Positions 9,886 to 18,941 of a DNA stretch of 64,000 bases are shown in pieces. A program made the translations under genes and the position numbers. Each line of letters begins with the position of its first letter. Position 1 is the stretch's first letter. The notes under the pieces are model-generated. The model saw only the letters and a program-made list of their open reading frames with translations. It ran no database searches and was not told the DNA's origin. This DNA is from an uncultured Candidatus Saccharibacteria bacterium (GTDB taxonomy: Bacteria > Patescibacteriota > Minisyncoccia > Phycocordibacterales > DATGWK01): positions 25,884 to 89,883 of the forward strand of contig CAYRZH010000003.1 in assembly GCA_964428845.1 (NCBI GenBank). Direction: 5' to 3'.

Positions 9886-12800
9886 TTAACTTAAATTTCG
9901 CTTTCTCAAATCTTCAATCATCTTTGCCTTCGAACTTCCCTTAAAACCGGTACCGGCCGGAATCAAATTTCCAATAATGACGTTTTCTTTGAGACCAATT
10001 AGATGGTCCTCGTGACATTTCAAAGCTCCGCTGATAAGAACTCTCGTCGTGTGCTGGAAAGAAGCAGCAGATAGGAAGCTTCGCCTCGAAAGGGAAATCT
10101 CTGTGATGCCCATGATCACGGCTTCCCCCTTGGACTCATCGAGGTTTCTCTCCTTAGCAATTTTATTTGCCTCAAGAAACTCCGTGAGTTCGACCAGATC
10201 TCCGACAGAGAATTCTGTGCCACCCTCGTCTTTTATCCTGCGCCTACTGAACATTTGTCTAACGATAACTTCGATATGCTTCCTTGAAACAGGCGAGCCT
10301 TGCAGTTCGTAGAGTTTACTGATTTCGTGAATGACATATTGCTCGGTTTTCTCGCGGCCAGCATAGCGGAAAAGTTCATCCAAATCTGCAGATCCATCGG
10401 TAATCAAATCTCCTTTTTTGACCTGCTCCCCAACCTTAACAGAAATCATTCTGTTGTAGTTCACAGAATAATCTGAACTAGCTTTCGTCTTTGCTTTTGA
10501 TTTATCTGATACATCCGGCAAGATACTGATGAGTTTCTCACCGGCAGAGTTTTTGATTTCTGTTACAACACCATCCACATGGCTAATGACAGCGGGGTTT
10601 TTTGGCTTTCTTTTTTCAAAAACTTCTTCGACACGAGGTAGACCACGAGTAATATCACCACCGACAGAGGCAGTACCACCGGCATGGAAGGTTCTCATGG
10701 TTAGCTGGGTTCCTGGCTCACCGATAGCTTGAGCAGCAACTGTGCCGACTGCTTCTCCGAGCTCAATGACTTTATTTTTTCCTAAGTCGTAACCGTAGCA
10801 TTTTACACAGATTCCACGCAGACTCTTGCAAGAGAGTGGTGAACGGACCAGAACTTCGCTTATTCCTGCCTGCTCGATAGCGCGGGCCATTTCCTTTGTA
10901 ATACACTCTCCCTTTTTTGCTATCACTTCACCCTTACTGTCAATGCTGTCTTCGGCAAGAAATCTACCTTTAATGTTTTGAGACAGAGGAACTTCAATAC
11001 CAGAAGCACTTTCCTTTCTCAATACGATTCCTTCCTTGCTTCCACAATCTTCTTCTCCAACCACAACGTCTTGAGCCACATCGAAGAGACGCCTAGTGAG
11101 GTACCCAGCCTTGGCAGTATTGAGAGCGGTATCAGTGAGACCTTTACGCGAACCGTGAGTGGTAATGAAATACTCTAGAGGGCTCAATCCTTCTTTACTA
11201 CAAGACAGAATCGGAAACTCGATCGTTTCACCGGCTGTGTTCTGGATAAGACCTTTCATGCCGACCATCTGGGTGATCTGGCTAAATGAACCTCGGGCTC
11301 CGGAGTAGACCATGTCATAGACAGAGTCTTTTTTGCCCAAGGTCGTTGGCATTAGTTTCTCGACTTCTCCCTTGGCGCCGTGCCAGATTTCGATATTCTT
11401 TCTGATGCGCTCCTCTTCAGAGATAAGACCGTCTTTGTACTGTGTGAGGATCCCTTCGGCTTTTTGTTTTGCCTTTGCAATGACCGCATTCTTTTCTGTT
11501 GGAATTTTAACATCATCTATACCCCACGTTGTTCCAGAATACGTAGCGTATCGGAATCCGAAATCTTTTATTTTATCCATGACCGCCGGGATGTTTTCTA
11601 TCCCATATTTTTCGATGAGACTGTCGATGAGTTGCCCCATTTTCTTTCTATCGACTTCCGCATTTATAAATGGGTAGTCCAGCGGCAAGACGCTATTGAA
11701 GAGAATTCTACCCACAGTGGTTTCGAAAATCCCTCCATTAAATTCCTTGTATTTTGTTGTATCGTCGGCGAGAACCTTTATTTTTGCGCGGAAATCCAAT
11801 TCACCAAAATTATGCGCTGTAATAGCGCTATTTGGTTCTTCGAAATATTTGCCTTCTCCCTTTTCACCATCGATAGACTTGGTCATCCAGAAACAACCCA
11901 AGATGATATCGAGCTTATCGATAGACGCGACGAGATTACCACTTCCCGGCTTCAGGATGTTTTTGTCAGAGGCCATTATCTCACGAGCTTCTTCTTGTGC
12001 CTCTATAGACAACGGAACATGAACCGCCATCTGGTCACCGTCGAAGTCAGCGTTAAATGCAGTACAAACTAGAGGATGGACCCGGACAGCATCTCCTTCA
12101 ACAAGAATCGGTTTGAAGGCCTGGATACCTAGTCGATGCAAAGTTGGAGCACGATTTAGAAGGACAAATCTATTCTTGATGATTTCTTCGAGAATCGCCC
12201 AAACTTCTGGAATCCCATCTTCGATGAGCCTACTTGCTCCACGGATGTTATAAGCTAATTCTTTTTTTAGAAGGCCTGAGATTACAAAAGGTTTGAAGAG
12301 TTCCAGGGCCATATGTTTTGGCAAACCACACTGGTTGAGCTTAAGTTCTGGACCAACGACGATTACGGATCGTCCCGAGTAGTCAACACGCTTACCCAAG
12401 AGATTGGCCCTAAAGAGACCTCGTTTGCCCTTCAAATTGTCAGAAAGCGACTTGAGTGGTCGACGTTGAGATTGGTTGAGAGCAGAACCAGGAGAGTTTC
12501 CATGTCTGATGGTGTTATCTATAAGGGAATCCACTGCTTCCTGAAGGATTCTTTTTTCGTTTCGCAAGATCACTTCCGGAGCATTTATTTCTTTGAGTTT
12601 CTTTAGTCTATTGTTTCTGTTTATGACACGACGATATAGATCGTTGACGTCCGAGGTGGCATATCTACCTCCATCGAGCGGAACCATAGGACGAAGTGCT
12701 GGTGGGATGACAGGTACACGACTGATGAACATCCACTCTGGGCGGATATTGTTTCTGATCATTGAACGCACAAGCGATAGACGTTTTTGAATTTTATCGA

Positions 12801-13551
12801 GTTCGATAGCGCTAGCTTTTTCGAGAGATTGTTTCAAACTTTCTTCAAGTTTTTTGAGATCAACTTTTTTAAAAATATTGTATATAGCTTCGGCACCGAT
12901 CCCCGCCTCAAAGAGGGTCCCGTATTTGAGAGAAAAGCTGTGGTATTCAACTTCGTCAAAAACCTTGCCCATTTCTACGCTCTCTATCTCCTTTTTGGCG
13001 TTTGAAAGCATTTCCTTGATAGCTTCTTTGGTCTTGTCATCGGAAACTGCCTTGATCTTGGCTTTAAATTCGCTGTCCAGATCTTTGAGAATACGAGCCC
13101 GGGCTTCTTCTGAAACATTGGTAACAATGTAGCCAGCAAAGTATATAACCTTTTCGATATCACCAGCAGGAATACCCATTATGAGACTGAAACGAGATGG
13201 CATACTTCTTAAAAACCAAATATGCGAAACTGGGGTGGCAAGTTCGATATGACCCATACGCTCCCTGCGAACTATGGAGCGGGTAATTTCTACACCACAT
13301 TTTTCACAGACAATTCCTTTATATCTGATACCTCGGTATTTTCCGCAATAACATTCGTAGTCCTTGTCTGGACCGAAGATCTTCTCGTCAAAGAGGCCAT
13401 TCCTCTCGCTTCTCTGGGTTCTGTAGTTTATAGTTTCTGGTTTTGTTACTTCGCCGAAAGACCATTCCTTTATCCTTTCTGGGGAAGCGAGTTTGAGTAC
13501 GATGGTGTCGAAGTCATTCATTGATCCTTGTTTTGCTTTTGTTGGGTTCAT
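9886..13551 (-). CDS. rpoC: DNA-directed RNA polymerase beta' subunit
   Basis: NADFDGDQMAVH catalytic motif, N-terminal zinc-binding cysteines, 1221 aa. Confidence 0.95.
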   Translation of the reverse strand: MNPTKAKQGSMNDFDTIVLKLASPERIKEWSFGEVTKPETINYRTQRSERNGLFDEKIFGPDKDYECYCGKYRGIRYKGIVCEKCGVEITRSIVRRERMGHIELATPVSHIWFLRSMPSRFSLIMGIPAGDIEKVIYFAGYIVTNVSEEARARILKDLDSEFKAKIKAVSDDKTKEAIKEMLSNAKKEIESVEMGKVFDEVEYHSFSLKYGTLFEAGIGAEAIYNIFKKVDLKKLEESLKQSLEKASAIELDKIQKRLSLVRSMIRNNIRPEWMFISRVPVIPPALRPMVPLDGGRYATSDVNDLYRRVINRNNRLKKLKEINAPEVILRNEKRILQEAVDSLIDNTIRHGNSPGSALNQSQRRPLKSLSDNLKGKRGLFRANLLGKRVDYSGRSVIVVGPELKLNQCGLPKHMALELFKPFVISGLLKKELAYNIRGASRLIEDGIPEVWAILEEIIKNRFVLLNRAPTLHRLGIQAFKPILVEGDAVRVHPLVCTAFNADFDGDQMAVHVPLSIEAQEEAREIMASDKNILKPGSGNLVASIDKLDIILGCFWMTKSIDGEKGEGKYFEEPNSAITAHNFGELDFRAKIKVLADDTTKYKEFNGGIFETTVGRILFNSVLPLDYPFINAEVDRKKMGQLIDSLIEKYGIENIPAVMDKIKDFGFRYATYSGTTWGIDDVKIPTEKNAVIAKAKQKAEGILTQYKDGLISEEERIRKNIEIWHGAKGEVEKLMPTTLGKKDSVYDMVYSGARGSFSQITQMVGMKGLIQNTAGETIEFPILSCSKEGLSPLEYFITTHGSRKGLTDTALNTAKAGYLTRRLFDVAQDVVVGEEDCGSKEGIVLRKESASGIEVPLSQNIKGRFLAEDSIDSKGEVIAKKGECITKEMARAIEQAGISEVLVRSPLSCKSLRGICVKCYGYDLGKNKVIELGEAVGTVAAQAIGEPGTQLTMRTFHAGGTASVGGDITRGLPRVEEVFEKRKPKNPAVISHVDGVVTEIKNSAGEKLISILPDVSDKSKAKTKASSDYSVNYNRMISVKVGEQVKKGDLITDGSADLDELFRYAGREKTEQYVIHEISKLYELQGSPVSRKHIEVIVRQMFSRRRIKDEGGTEFSVGDLVELTEFLEANKIAKERNLDESKGEAVIMGITEISLSRRSFLSAASFQHTTRVLISGALKCHEDHLIGLKENVIIGNLIPAGTGFKGSSKAKMIEDLRKRNLS

Positions 13552-13569
13552 GATTTTTTGTTTTTATCT

Positions 13570-16500
13570 TTAGTTATTTTCTCCATCGTCCTCATTGTTC
13601 GACCTACTTGTCTTTTTGAGCTCGATATCAAGACCGAGCCCACGCAAGTTGTTTAAAAGCACATTGAACGACGCCGGAATATTGAGCTCACGAATCGGTT
13701 CATCTTTTATAATTGCATCGAAAGCACTCGATCGTCCGACGATATCATCTGACTTTATGGTAAGCATTTCGCGAAGTGTGTAAGCCACACCATGACCGAG
13801 AAGCGCCCAGACTTCCATTTCTCCAAATCTTTGTCCACCGCCTTGAGCCTTTCCACCAAGTGGTTGTTGGGTAATAAGGGAGTATGGTCCGATGGAACGC
13901 ATATGGATCTTGTCTTCAACCATGTGGTGAAGTTTCATTATGTACATATAGCCGATGGCAATCTTCTGACTAAACGGCTCACCTGTCCGGCCATCAAACA
14001 ACTCTGCTTTACCATCTTCGTCGAAACCAGCAGCTTTGAGTTCTGCTTTTATCTCACTGTCCGTCGCACCCGCAAACGGAGGAACCACCGCCTGATAACC
14101 AAGCGTATGGGCAGCAAGACCAAGATGTAGCTCAAGGATCTGACCTAGATTCATACGAGACGGAACTCCAAGTGGGGTAAGGATAACATCGATCGGCGTT
14201 CCGTCCTTCATGTACGGCATATCTTCCTCCGGTAGGATTTTTGAAATAACACCCTTGTTACCATGGCGGCCAGCAAGCTTGTCACCGACAGAAACATTTC
14301 GAAGTTGGGCGACTTCTATATGAATACGCTTTATGATCCCGCTTTCAAGCTTGTCCCCTTTTTCTCGAGAAAATACCTGGACGTTTATGATTCGACCTCG
14401 TTTTCCACCTTCCATCCTTTTTGATGTGTCTTTGACATCGCGAGCCTTCTCTCCAAAAAGTGATCGGAGAAGGCGCTCTTCTGGAGTAAGCTGTGTTTCG
14501 CCCTTTGGAGTGATCTTTCCGACAAGAATATCGCCGGGACGAACTTCTGCACCGATTCGCACAACTCCATCTTCGGCCAAATTCTTGAGTTTCATTTCAC
14601 CGACATTTGGGATATCACATGTTGTGACTTCGGGTCCGAGCTTCGTATCACGGACGTTTACAATAAACTCCTCGATATGAATACTTGTAAATTTACTATT
14701 TTTTACTAAACGTTCAGAGAGAATGATGGCGTCTTCATAGTTTGAACCTGACCACGACATGAAAGCTACTAGAACATTTTGACCAAGCGCCATTTCACCA
14801 CGATCGCTAGAGGATGTATCGGCAAGAGCATCTCCCTTCTTAATTTTGTCCCCTACATTTACACTCGGTCTCTGATGAAAACAAGTAAAACCGTTTGTGC
14901 GAGAAAAATTAATAAGCTTATATTCTTTATCTTTTCCCTTGCTAGATTTTACAATCACCTTTTCCGCATCGGCATGCGTAACTACCCCCTCTTCTTCCGC
15001 GAGCATGAGACGACCAGTGTCTTTGATAGCTCTACCTTCGATACCAGTAGAGACAAGGGGTGCCTCCGGCACAATACAAGGAGTAGCCTGCTTTTGCATG
15101 TTTGATCCCATAAGTGCACGGCTGGCATCATCGTGATTTAGAAACGGAATCATTGATGTAGCGACAGAAAAAGCTTGGCTAGTATCAACATCTATGAGGT
15201 CTACTTTGTCTTTGGCGACAAGGCCGGGTCGCCCATTTATTCGAATTTCAACAGCTTCCTCGAGAATATCACCCTCTGGATTGGTACGAGTTGCGGCATG
15301 AGCAATCTTGTATGATTCCTCTTCGAGGGCATTCATATAGACGATTTCGTTTGTCACTTTGCCGTCTTTGACACGAGCGTACGGCGTCTCAATCATTCCG
15401 AACTCATTGAGTCTAGCGTAGAGCCCAAGGCGAAGGATAAGACCGATATTGGGACCTTCGGGAGTGTGGATCGGACAGAGCCTGCCGTAGTGGGATGGAT
15501 GGACGTCACGAACTTCAAAGCCTGCACGAGCTCTATTGAGACCGCCAGGACCGAGAGCGGAAAGTGTTCGAAGGTGTTCGATTTCAGAAAGAGCGTTCTC
15601 CTGCTGCATAAACTGGGATAGCTGATTGGTAGTAAAAAATTCTTTTATACGAGCTTGGAGTGGCTTGGGCGAAATAAACTGCACCGGCAGAGTCACGTCG
15701 CTATCGATCGTAGACATTCTGTTTTGAATGTTTCTCTTGATTTGTGCCATACCCACTCGGATCTTTTGCTGAAACATTTCTCCAACGTATCGAACACGTC
15801 TACTACCAAGGTGGTCGATATCATCTTCCATGGCACCAGGAGTAGTATTTAAGGTCGCAATATTTGAAATGATAGTTATGACATCATCGAGTGAGATTGT
15901 CTTTTTATTTAACTCCGTTTCGGTTAGTTTCTTGTCGAAGCGCTTATTGAATCTAAATCGGCCAACTCGAGAGAGATCGTAGCGCTCTTCGCTGAAAATG
16001 GCGTTTATAAATTCTTTGGCATTTTCGGCTGTTGCCAAGTCTCCATCTCGCAGTCTCTTGTGGATTTCAATAAAAGCAGCATCTGTAGTCTTGGCATGAT
16101 CTTTAGATAGAGATTTTTCGAGGAATGGCTTAAGTGCTGGGTTTTCTTTAGAGAGAGCTAGGATACTTTTGTCATCAGCGGCACCAAGAACACGGAGTAG
16201 CGAGGTCACTGGGAACTTCCTTTTTCTATCGATGCGAACATAAATGACATTGTCAGCGTCTGTCTCTATCTCTATCCATGCGCCACGGGCAGGAATGATC
16301 TTGGCACCGAAGAGATTCTTCCCTTTGACCTCTTGAGAAGTGAAGAAAACACCGAAAGAACGAGCCAGTTGGGGAACAATGACACGCTCGACTCCGCTGA
16401 TAATGAAAGTGCCATGATTTGTCATCAGTGGGAAATCAGCCATGAAAATCTCTTGCTCTTTGGTTGTACCCAAAGTGAGATTTTTGAGTCTTACTGTGAC

Positions 16501-16767
16501 TTTGAGAGGTGCTTCATAGGAAATTTTATTATTTTTTGCAAAATACTCATCGTATTTTGGTTCTGCCAATTCAAAATTAAGAAAATCAAGTTGAAATTTC
16601 TTACCAAAATAATCTTTTATTGATGTAAATTCATCGAAAACATCCTTGAGCCCTTTGTCTATAAGCCATTTGTAAGAATCGATCTGTGAAGCCACGAGGT
16701 TGGGTATCGGAGCTAGGGCCTTTTTGTATTTACCAAAATATTTCTTTTGAATTTTTGTGGATGACAT
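13570..16767 (-). CDS. rpoB: DNA-directed RNA polymerase beta subunit
   Basis: 1065 aa with canonical beta-subunit blocks (GEMALGQNVLVAFMSWSGSNYEDAI, GRHGNKGVISKILP). Directly upstream of rpoC. Confidence 0.95.
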   Translation of the reverse strand: MSSTKIQKKYFGKYKKALAPIPNLVASQIDSYKWLIDKGLKDVFDEFTSIKDYFGKKFQLDFLNFELAEPKYDEYFAKNNKISYEAPLKVTVRLKNLTLGTTKEQEIFMADFPLMTNHGTFIISGVERVIVPQLARSFGVFFTSQEVKGKNLFGAKIIPARGAWIEIETDADNVIYVRIDRKRKFPVTSLLRVLGAADDKSILALSKENPALKPFLEKSLSKDHAKTTDAAFIEIHKRLRDGDLATAENAKEFINAIFSEERYDLSRVGRFRFNKRFDKKLTETELNKKTISLDDVITIISNIATLNTTPGAMEDDIDHLGSRRVRYVGEMFQQKIRVGMAQIKRNIQNRMSTIDSDVTLPVQFISPKPLQARIKEFFTTNQLSQFMQQENALSEIEHLRTLSALGPGGLNRARAGFEVRDVHPSHYGRLCPIHTPEGPNIGLILRLGLYARLNEFGMIETPYARVKDGKVTNEIVYMNALEEESYKIAHAATRTNPEGDILEEAVEIRINGRPGLVAKDKVDLIDVDTSQAFSVATSMIPFLNHDDASRALMGSNMQKQATPCIVPEAPLVSTGIEGRAIKDTGRLMLAEEEGVVTHADAEKVIVKSSKGKDKEYKLINFSRTNGFTCFHQRPSVNVGDKIKKGDALADTSSSDRGEMALGQNVLVAFMSWSGSNYEDAIILSERLVKNSKFTSIHIEEFIVNVRDTKLGPEVTTCDIPNVGEMKLKNLAEDGVVRIGAEVRPGDILVGKITPKGETQLTPEERLLRSLFGEKARDVKDTSKRMEGGKRGRIINVQVFSREKGDKLESGIIKRIHIEVAQLRNVSVGDKLAGRHGNKGVISKILPEEDMPYMKDGTPIDVILTPLGVPSRMNLGQILELHLGLAAHTLGYQAVVPPFAGATDSEIKAELKAAGFDEDGKAELFDGRTGEPFSQKIAIGYMYIMKLHHMVEDKIHMRSIGPYSLITQQPLGGKAQGGGQRFGEMEVWALLGHGVAYTLREMLTIKSDDIVGRSSAFDAIIKDEPIRELNIPASFNVLLNNLRGLGLDIELKKTSRSNNEDDGENN

Positions 16768-17002
16768 GATTCTAGTATCGTGCTACGCCTTTGATAATTT
16801 TTGTCACTTTCGCATATAAAAAACGCCTCAAAAGAAAAAGCTGCCCTTGTGGATAAAGGGTTTGCTTGAAACTTTTTTGTTTATCTATTTTTTAGAGGCA
16901 ATTTCACTTAAAGGACCAATAAGCCTTGTAATCCTTCATTTTCCAGCCATAACTCAATCGTTTTGAAGTAGAGCCAAAGTATAGACGAGGCTGTTTTACC
17001 TG

Positions 17003-17665
17003 TCAAGCCGCTTTTCCACTGCTAGATCTTTTATTTCTCCAGATCTCAATTTTTTTGTGATTTCCAGAAAGAAGAACTTTAGGCACTCTGTACGTTCTTT
17101 TTTTGTAGACAAATGTCTCTGGTCTTGTGTAGACATCTCCACTGGCCACCCGTGATTCTTCAAGTGATGAGATGTTACCCAAAACTCCCGGCAACCTCCG
17201 AGCCACGGCATCTATGATGATCATCGCTGGTAATTCTCCTCCAGTGAGAACAAATGGCCCAATCGAAATCTCTTCCGCTTTAAATATTTTCTTTACCCTG
17301 GCATCAATCCCTTCGTAACGACCAGAAATGATGACAATATCTGTGTATTTTTTTACCACCAGGTCAGCGTATTTGTTTGTGAATTGTTTTCCGCCCGGCG
17401 AAAGAAAAATTATTTTCGCTTTTCCCTTTTTGCATTGACCCAGAGCTTTCTCGATAGCTTTTATCACGGGTTCTGGCCTTAGTACCATACCCGGTCCCCC
17501 ACCATAGGGTTTGTCGTCGATTCTCTTTTTTTTATTATTTTCAAAATTCTTTGGATCGTAGAATTTTATTTTAATTTTTTTGCTGACCTGGGCACGAGCA
17601 ATGAGCGACTCGGCCAAGTAAGAGCTAAACGCATCCGGGAATAATGTAATGATGTGAAAAGTCAT
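17003..17665 (-). CDS. trmD: tRNA (guanine37-N1)-methyltransferase
   Basis: MTFHIITLFPD N-terminus and an SPOUT-fold TrmD signature (GGGPGMVL, ISIGPFVLTGGELPAMIIIDA). Confidence 0.9.
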   Translation of the reverse strand: MTFHIITLFPDAFSSYLAESLIARAQVSKKIKIKFYDPKNFENNKKKRIDDKPYGGGPGMVLRPEPVIKAIEKALGQCKKGKAKIIFLSPGGKQFTNKYADLVVKKYTDIVIISGRYEGIDARVKKIFKAEEISIGPFVLTGGELPAMIIIDAVARRLPGVLGNISSLEESRVASGDVYTRPETFVYKKRTYRVPKVLLSGNHKKIEIWRNKRSSSGKAA

Positions 17666-17723
17666 GGTCTGTTGCGAAAACTGCCGCGAGAGCGGCAGTT
17701 TTCCTCTTCTATATAGAAATTAT

Positions 17724-18032
17724 CTAGAGTTTTAGGTCTGCCATCGCTTCGTCTACTGTTTTTGAGGCCTTTTCCATCCTCGCTCCTCCTTCTGGTTCAT
17801 TTATTTTCAAATTGACTCGGGCGTTATTTTTCATGCCGACAACCCGCAGAAGGGTTCTGATAGCTTTCGCTGTGTTGCCTTCGCGACCGATAATCTTACC
17901 CATGTCTGCAGGATTAACATCGAGTGTCATAAGGACCCCCATCTCATCGACTGTCCTTTTGATCTTTACATCACTTGGATTGTCGACCAGAGACTTTACT
18001 ACAAACTCCAAAAACTGTGTATCTTGTTCCAT
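17724..18032 (-). CDS. KH-domain RNA-binding protein (YlqC/UPF0109-like) of the rpsP operon
   Basis: GKIIGREGNTAKAIRTLL KH GXXG motif. Located between rpsP and trmD. Confidence 0.75.
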   Translation of the reverse strand: MEQDTQFLEFVVKSLVDNPSDVKIKRTVDEMGVLMTLDVNPADMGKIIGREGNTAKAIRTLLRVVGMKNNARVNLKINEPEGGARMEKASKTVDEAMADLKL

Positions 18033-18128
18033 GCTAATTCGTGAATTCTTATTACTTAATTACTTTTCGTGCAGTATATGTTTCGACTATAGTGCTCTCT
18101 TGGAGCTTACTGCCTGTCTTAAAGAATA

Positions 18129-18560
18129 CTAAGCTGGCTTGGAGGCGTCAACGGCGGCATCAACAGTTGTGACTGGCTCTGCTTCTGTTTTGGTTGAAGT
18201 CTCTGCGGTAGCCGGCGGTGGAGTAGTGGTGGAAGTAGCGGCAGAAGCAGCGGCAGCCGGAGCCTCACCTTGTTCTTTCTTGATAGGTCTCTTTTTAGGG
18301 AGGACATTTATTTTCTTACCGTCAATAATCTTTCTGCCAACCAGGAGGTTATGCATAGTTTCTGAAGGTTTCGCACCTTTCGATATCCAATGTTTTATTC
18401 GCTCTTGGTTCACAACTGCCTCCTCCGCTCTGCGAGAATCAAACGAACCTAAAACTTCCAGGGATTTACCACTCTTAGGGCCATTTTTCGAATCAGTCAA
18501 AACAACCCGAAATGTCGGTTCGTTTTTGCGGCCCACTCTTTGCAGTCTGATACTTAGCAT
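18129..18560 (-). CDS. rpsP: 30S ribosomal protein S16 with an Ala/Pro/Thr-rich C-terminal tail
   Basis: MLSIRLQRVGRKNEPTFRVVLTDSK is the canonical S16 N-terminus. Confidence 0.9.
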   Translation of the reverse strand: MLSIRLQRVGRKNEPTFRVVLTDSKNGPKSGKSLEVLGSFDSRRAEEAVVNQERIKHWISKGAKPSETMHNLLVGRKIIDGKKINVLPKKRPIKKEQGEAPAAAASAATSTTTPPPATAETSTKTEAEPVTTVDAAVDASKPA

Positions 18561-18582
18561 TGGCGTATCTTAACAGATGATT

Positions 18583-18611
18583 GCTGGGGGGTCAATTAGG
18601 AGAGCAGGGGG
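18583..18611 (-). promoter_or_regulatory. Sigma-70-like promoter for rpsP (TTGACC-N17-TAAGAT on the minus strand)
   Basis: Reverse complement reads ttgacc ccccagcaatcatctgt taagat, ending about 15 nt before the rpsP ATG. Confidence 0.5.
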
Positions 18612-18623
18612 TCTGCTCTCACG

Positions 18624-18734
18624 GGGTCTTGAATAGATGCCTCGTCGAGCACGGATAAATTTTTGCTAAAATTTTCCTCGAGCTCGCGCCGTCGCGCTCG
18701 CTAGTCTCGCCTCGGCATCTATTCAAGACCCCCT
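18624..18734. repeat. Hairpin element copy 1: a roughly 110-nt element with 21-nt terminal inverted arms (gggtcttgaatagatgcctcg ... cgaggcatctattcaagaccc) and a conserved GC-rich core
   Basis: Aligns end to end with copies at 26265-26373 and 54584-54690. The arms are reverse complements of each other. Confidence 0.8.
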
Positions 18735-18883
18735 ATGTATAAATCTTCTTGCGGACTCCCCTCGAGTGATCTCTGTGGCGGACAGGCAGGCCGGTAAGGC
18801 AGAGTATTCAAGTATTCAAAATCCATTGGGCAAACCTCGACAAGATGGGCTCCAAAAAAACATCTTGGACAATTGCAGAAACG

Positions 18884-18912
18884 AAAAACCCCCCAGAAAA
18901 ACCTGGGGGGCT
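18884..18912 (-). terminator. Rho-independent terminator downstream of the island-1 gene
   Basis: Minus strand: ccccccagg ttttt ctgggggg followed by TTTTT. Confidence 0.7.
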
Positions 18913-18941
18913 GGATTGTTTACATGAACTAGACTTGACCT

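Noticed and set aside
9886-16767. Numerous 60-230-aa ORFs antisense to or out of frame within rpoC and rpoB (e.g. 11380-12072 +, 13792-14130 +)
   Set aside because: They lie entirely inside very well-supported RNAP genes. They have low-complexity translations and no RBS, and are typical antisense noise.
18624-18734. MITE or retron msr/msd interpretation of the hairpin elements
   Set aside because: - No target-site duplications were found, and the terminal arms are not conserved between copies as transposase-bound TIRs would be.
- No RT gene is adjacent, so a retron is unsupported.
- The call is kept as an unclassified structured repeat.
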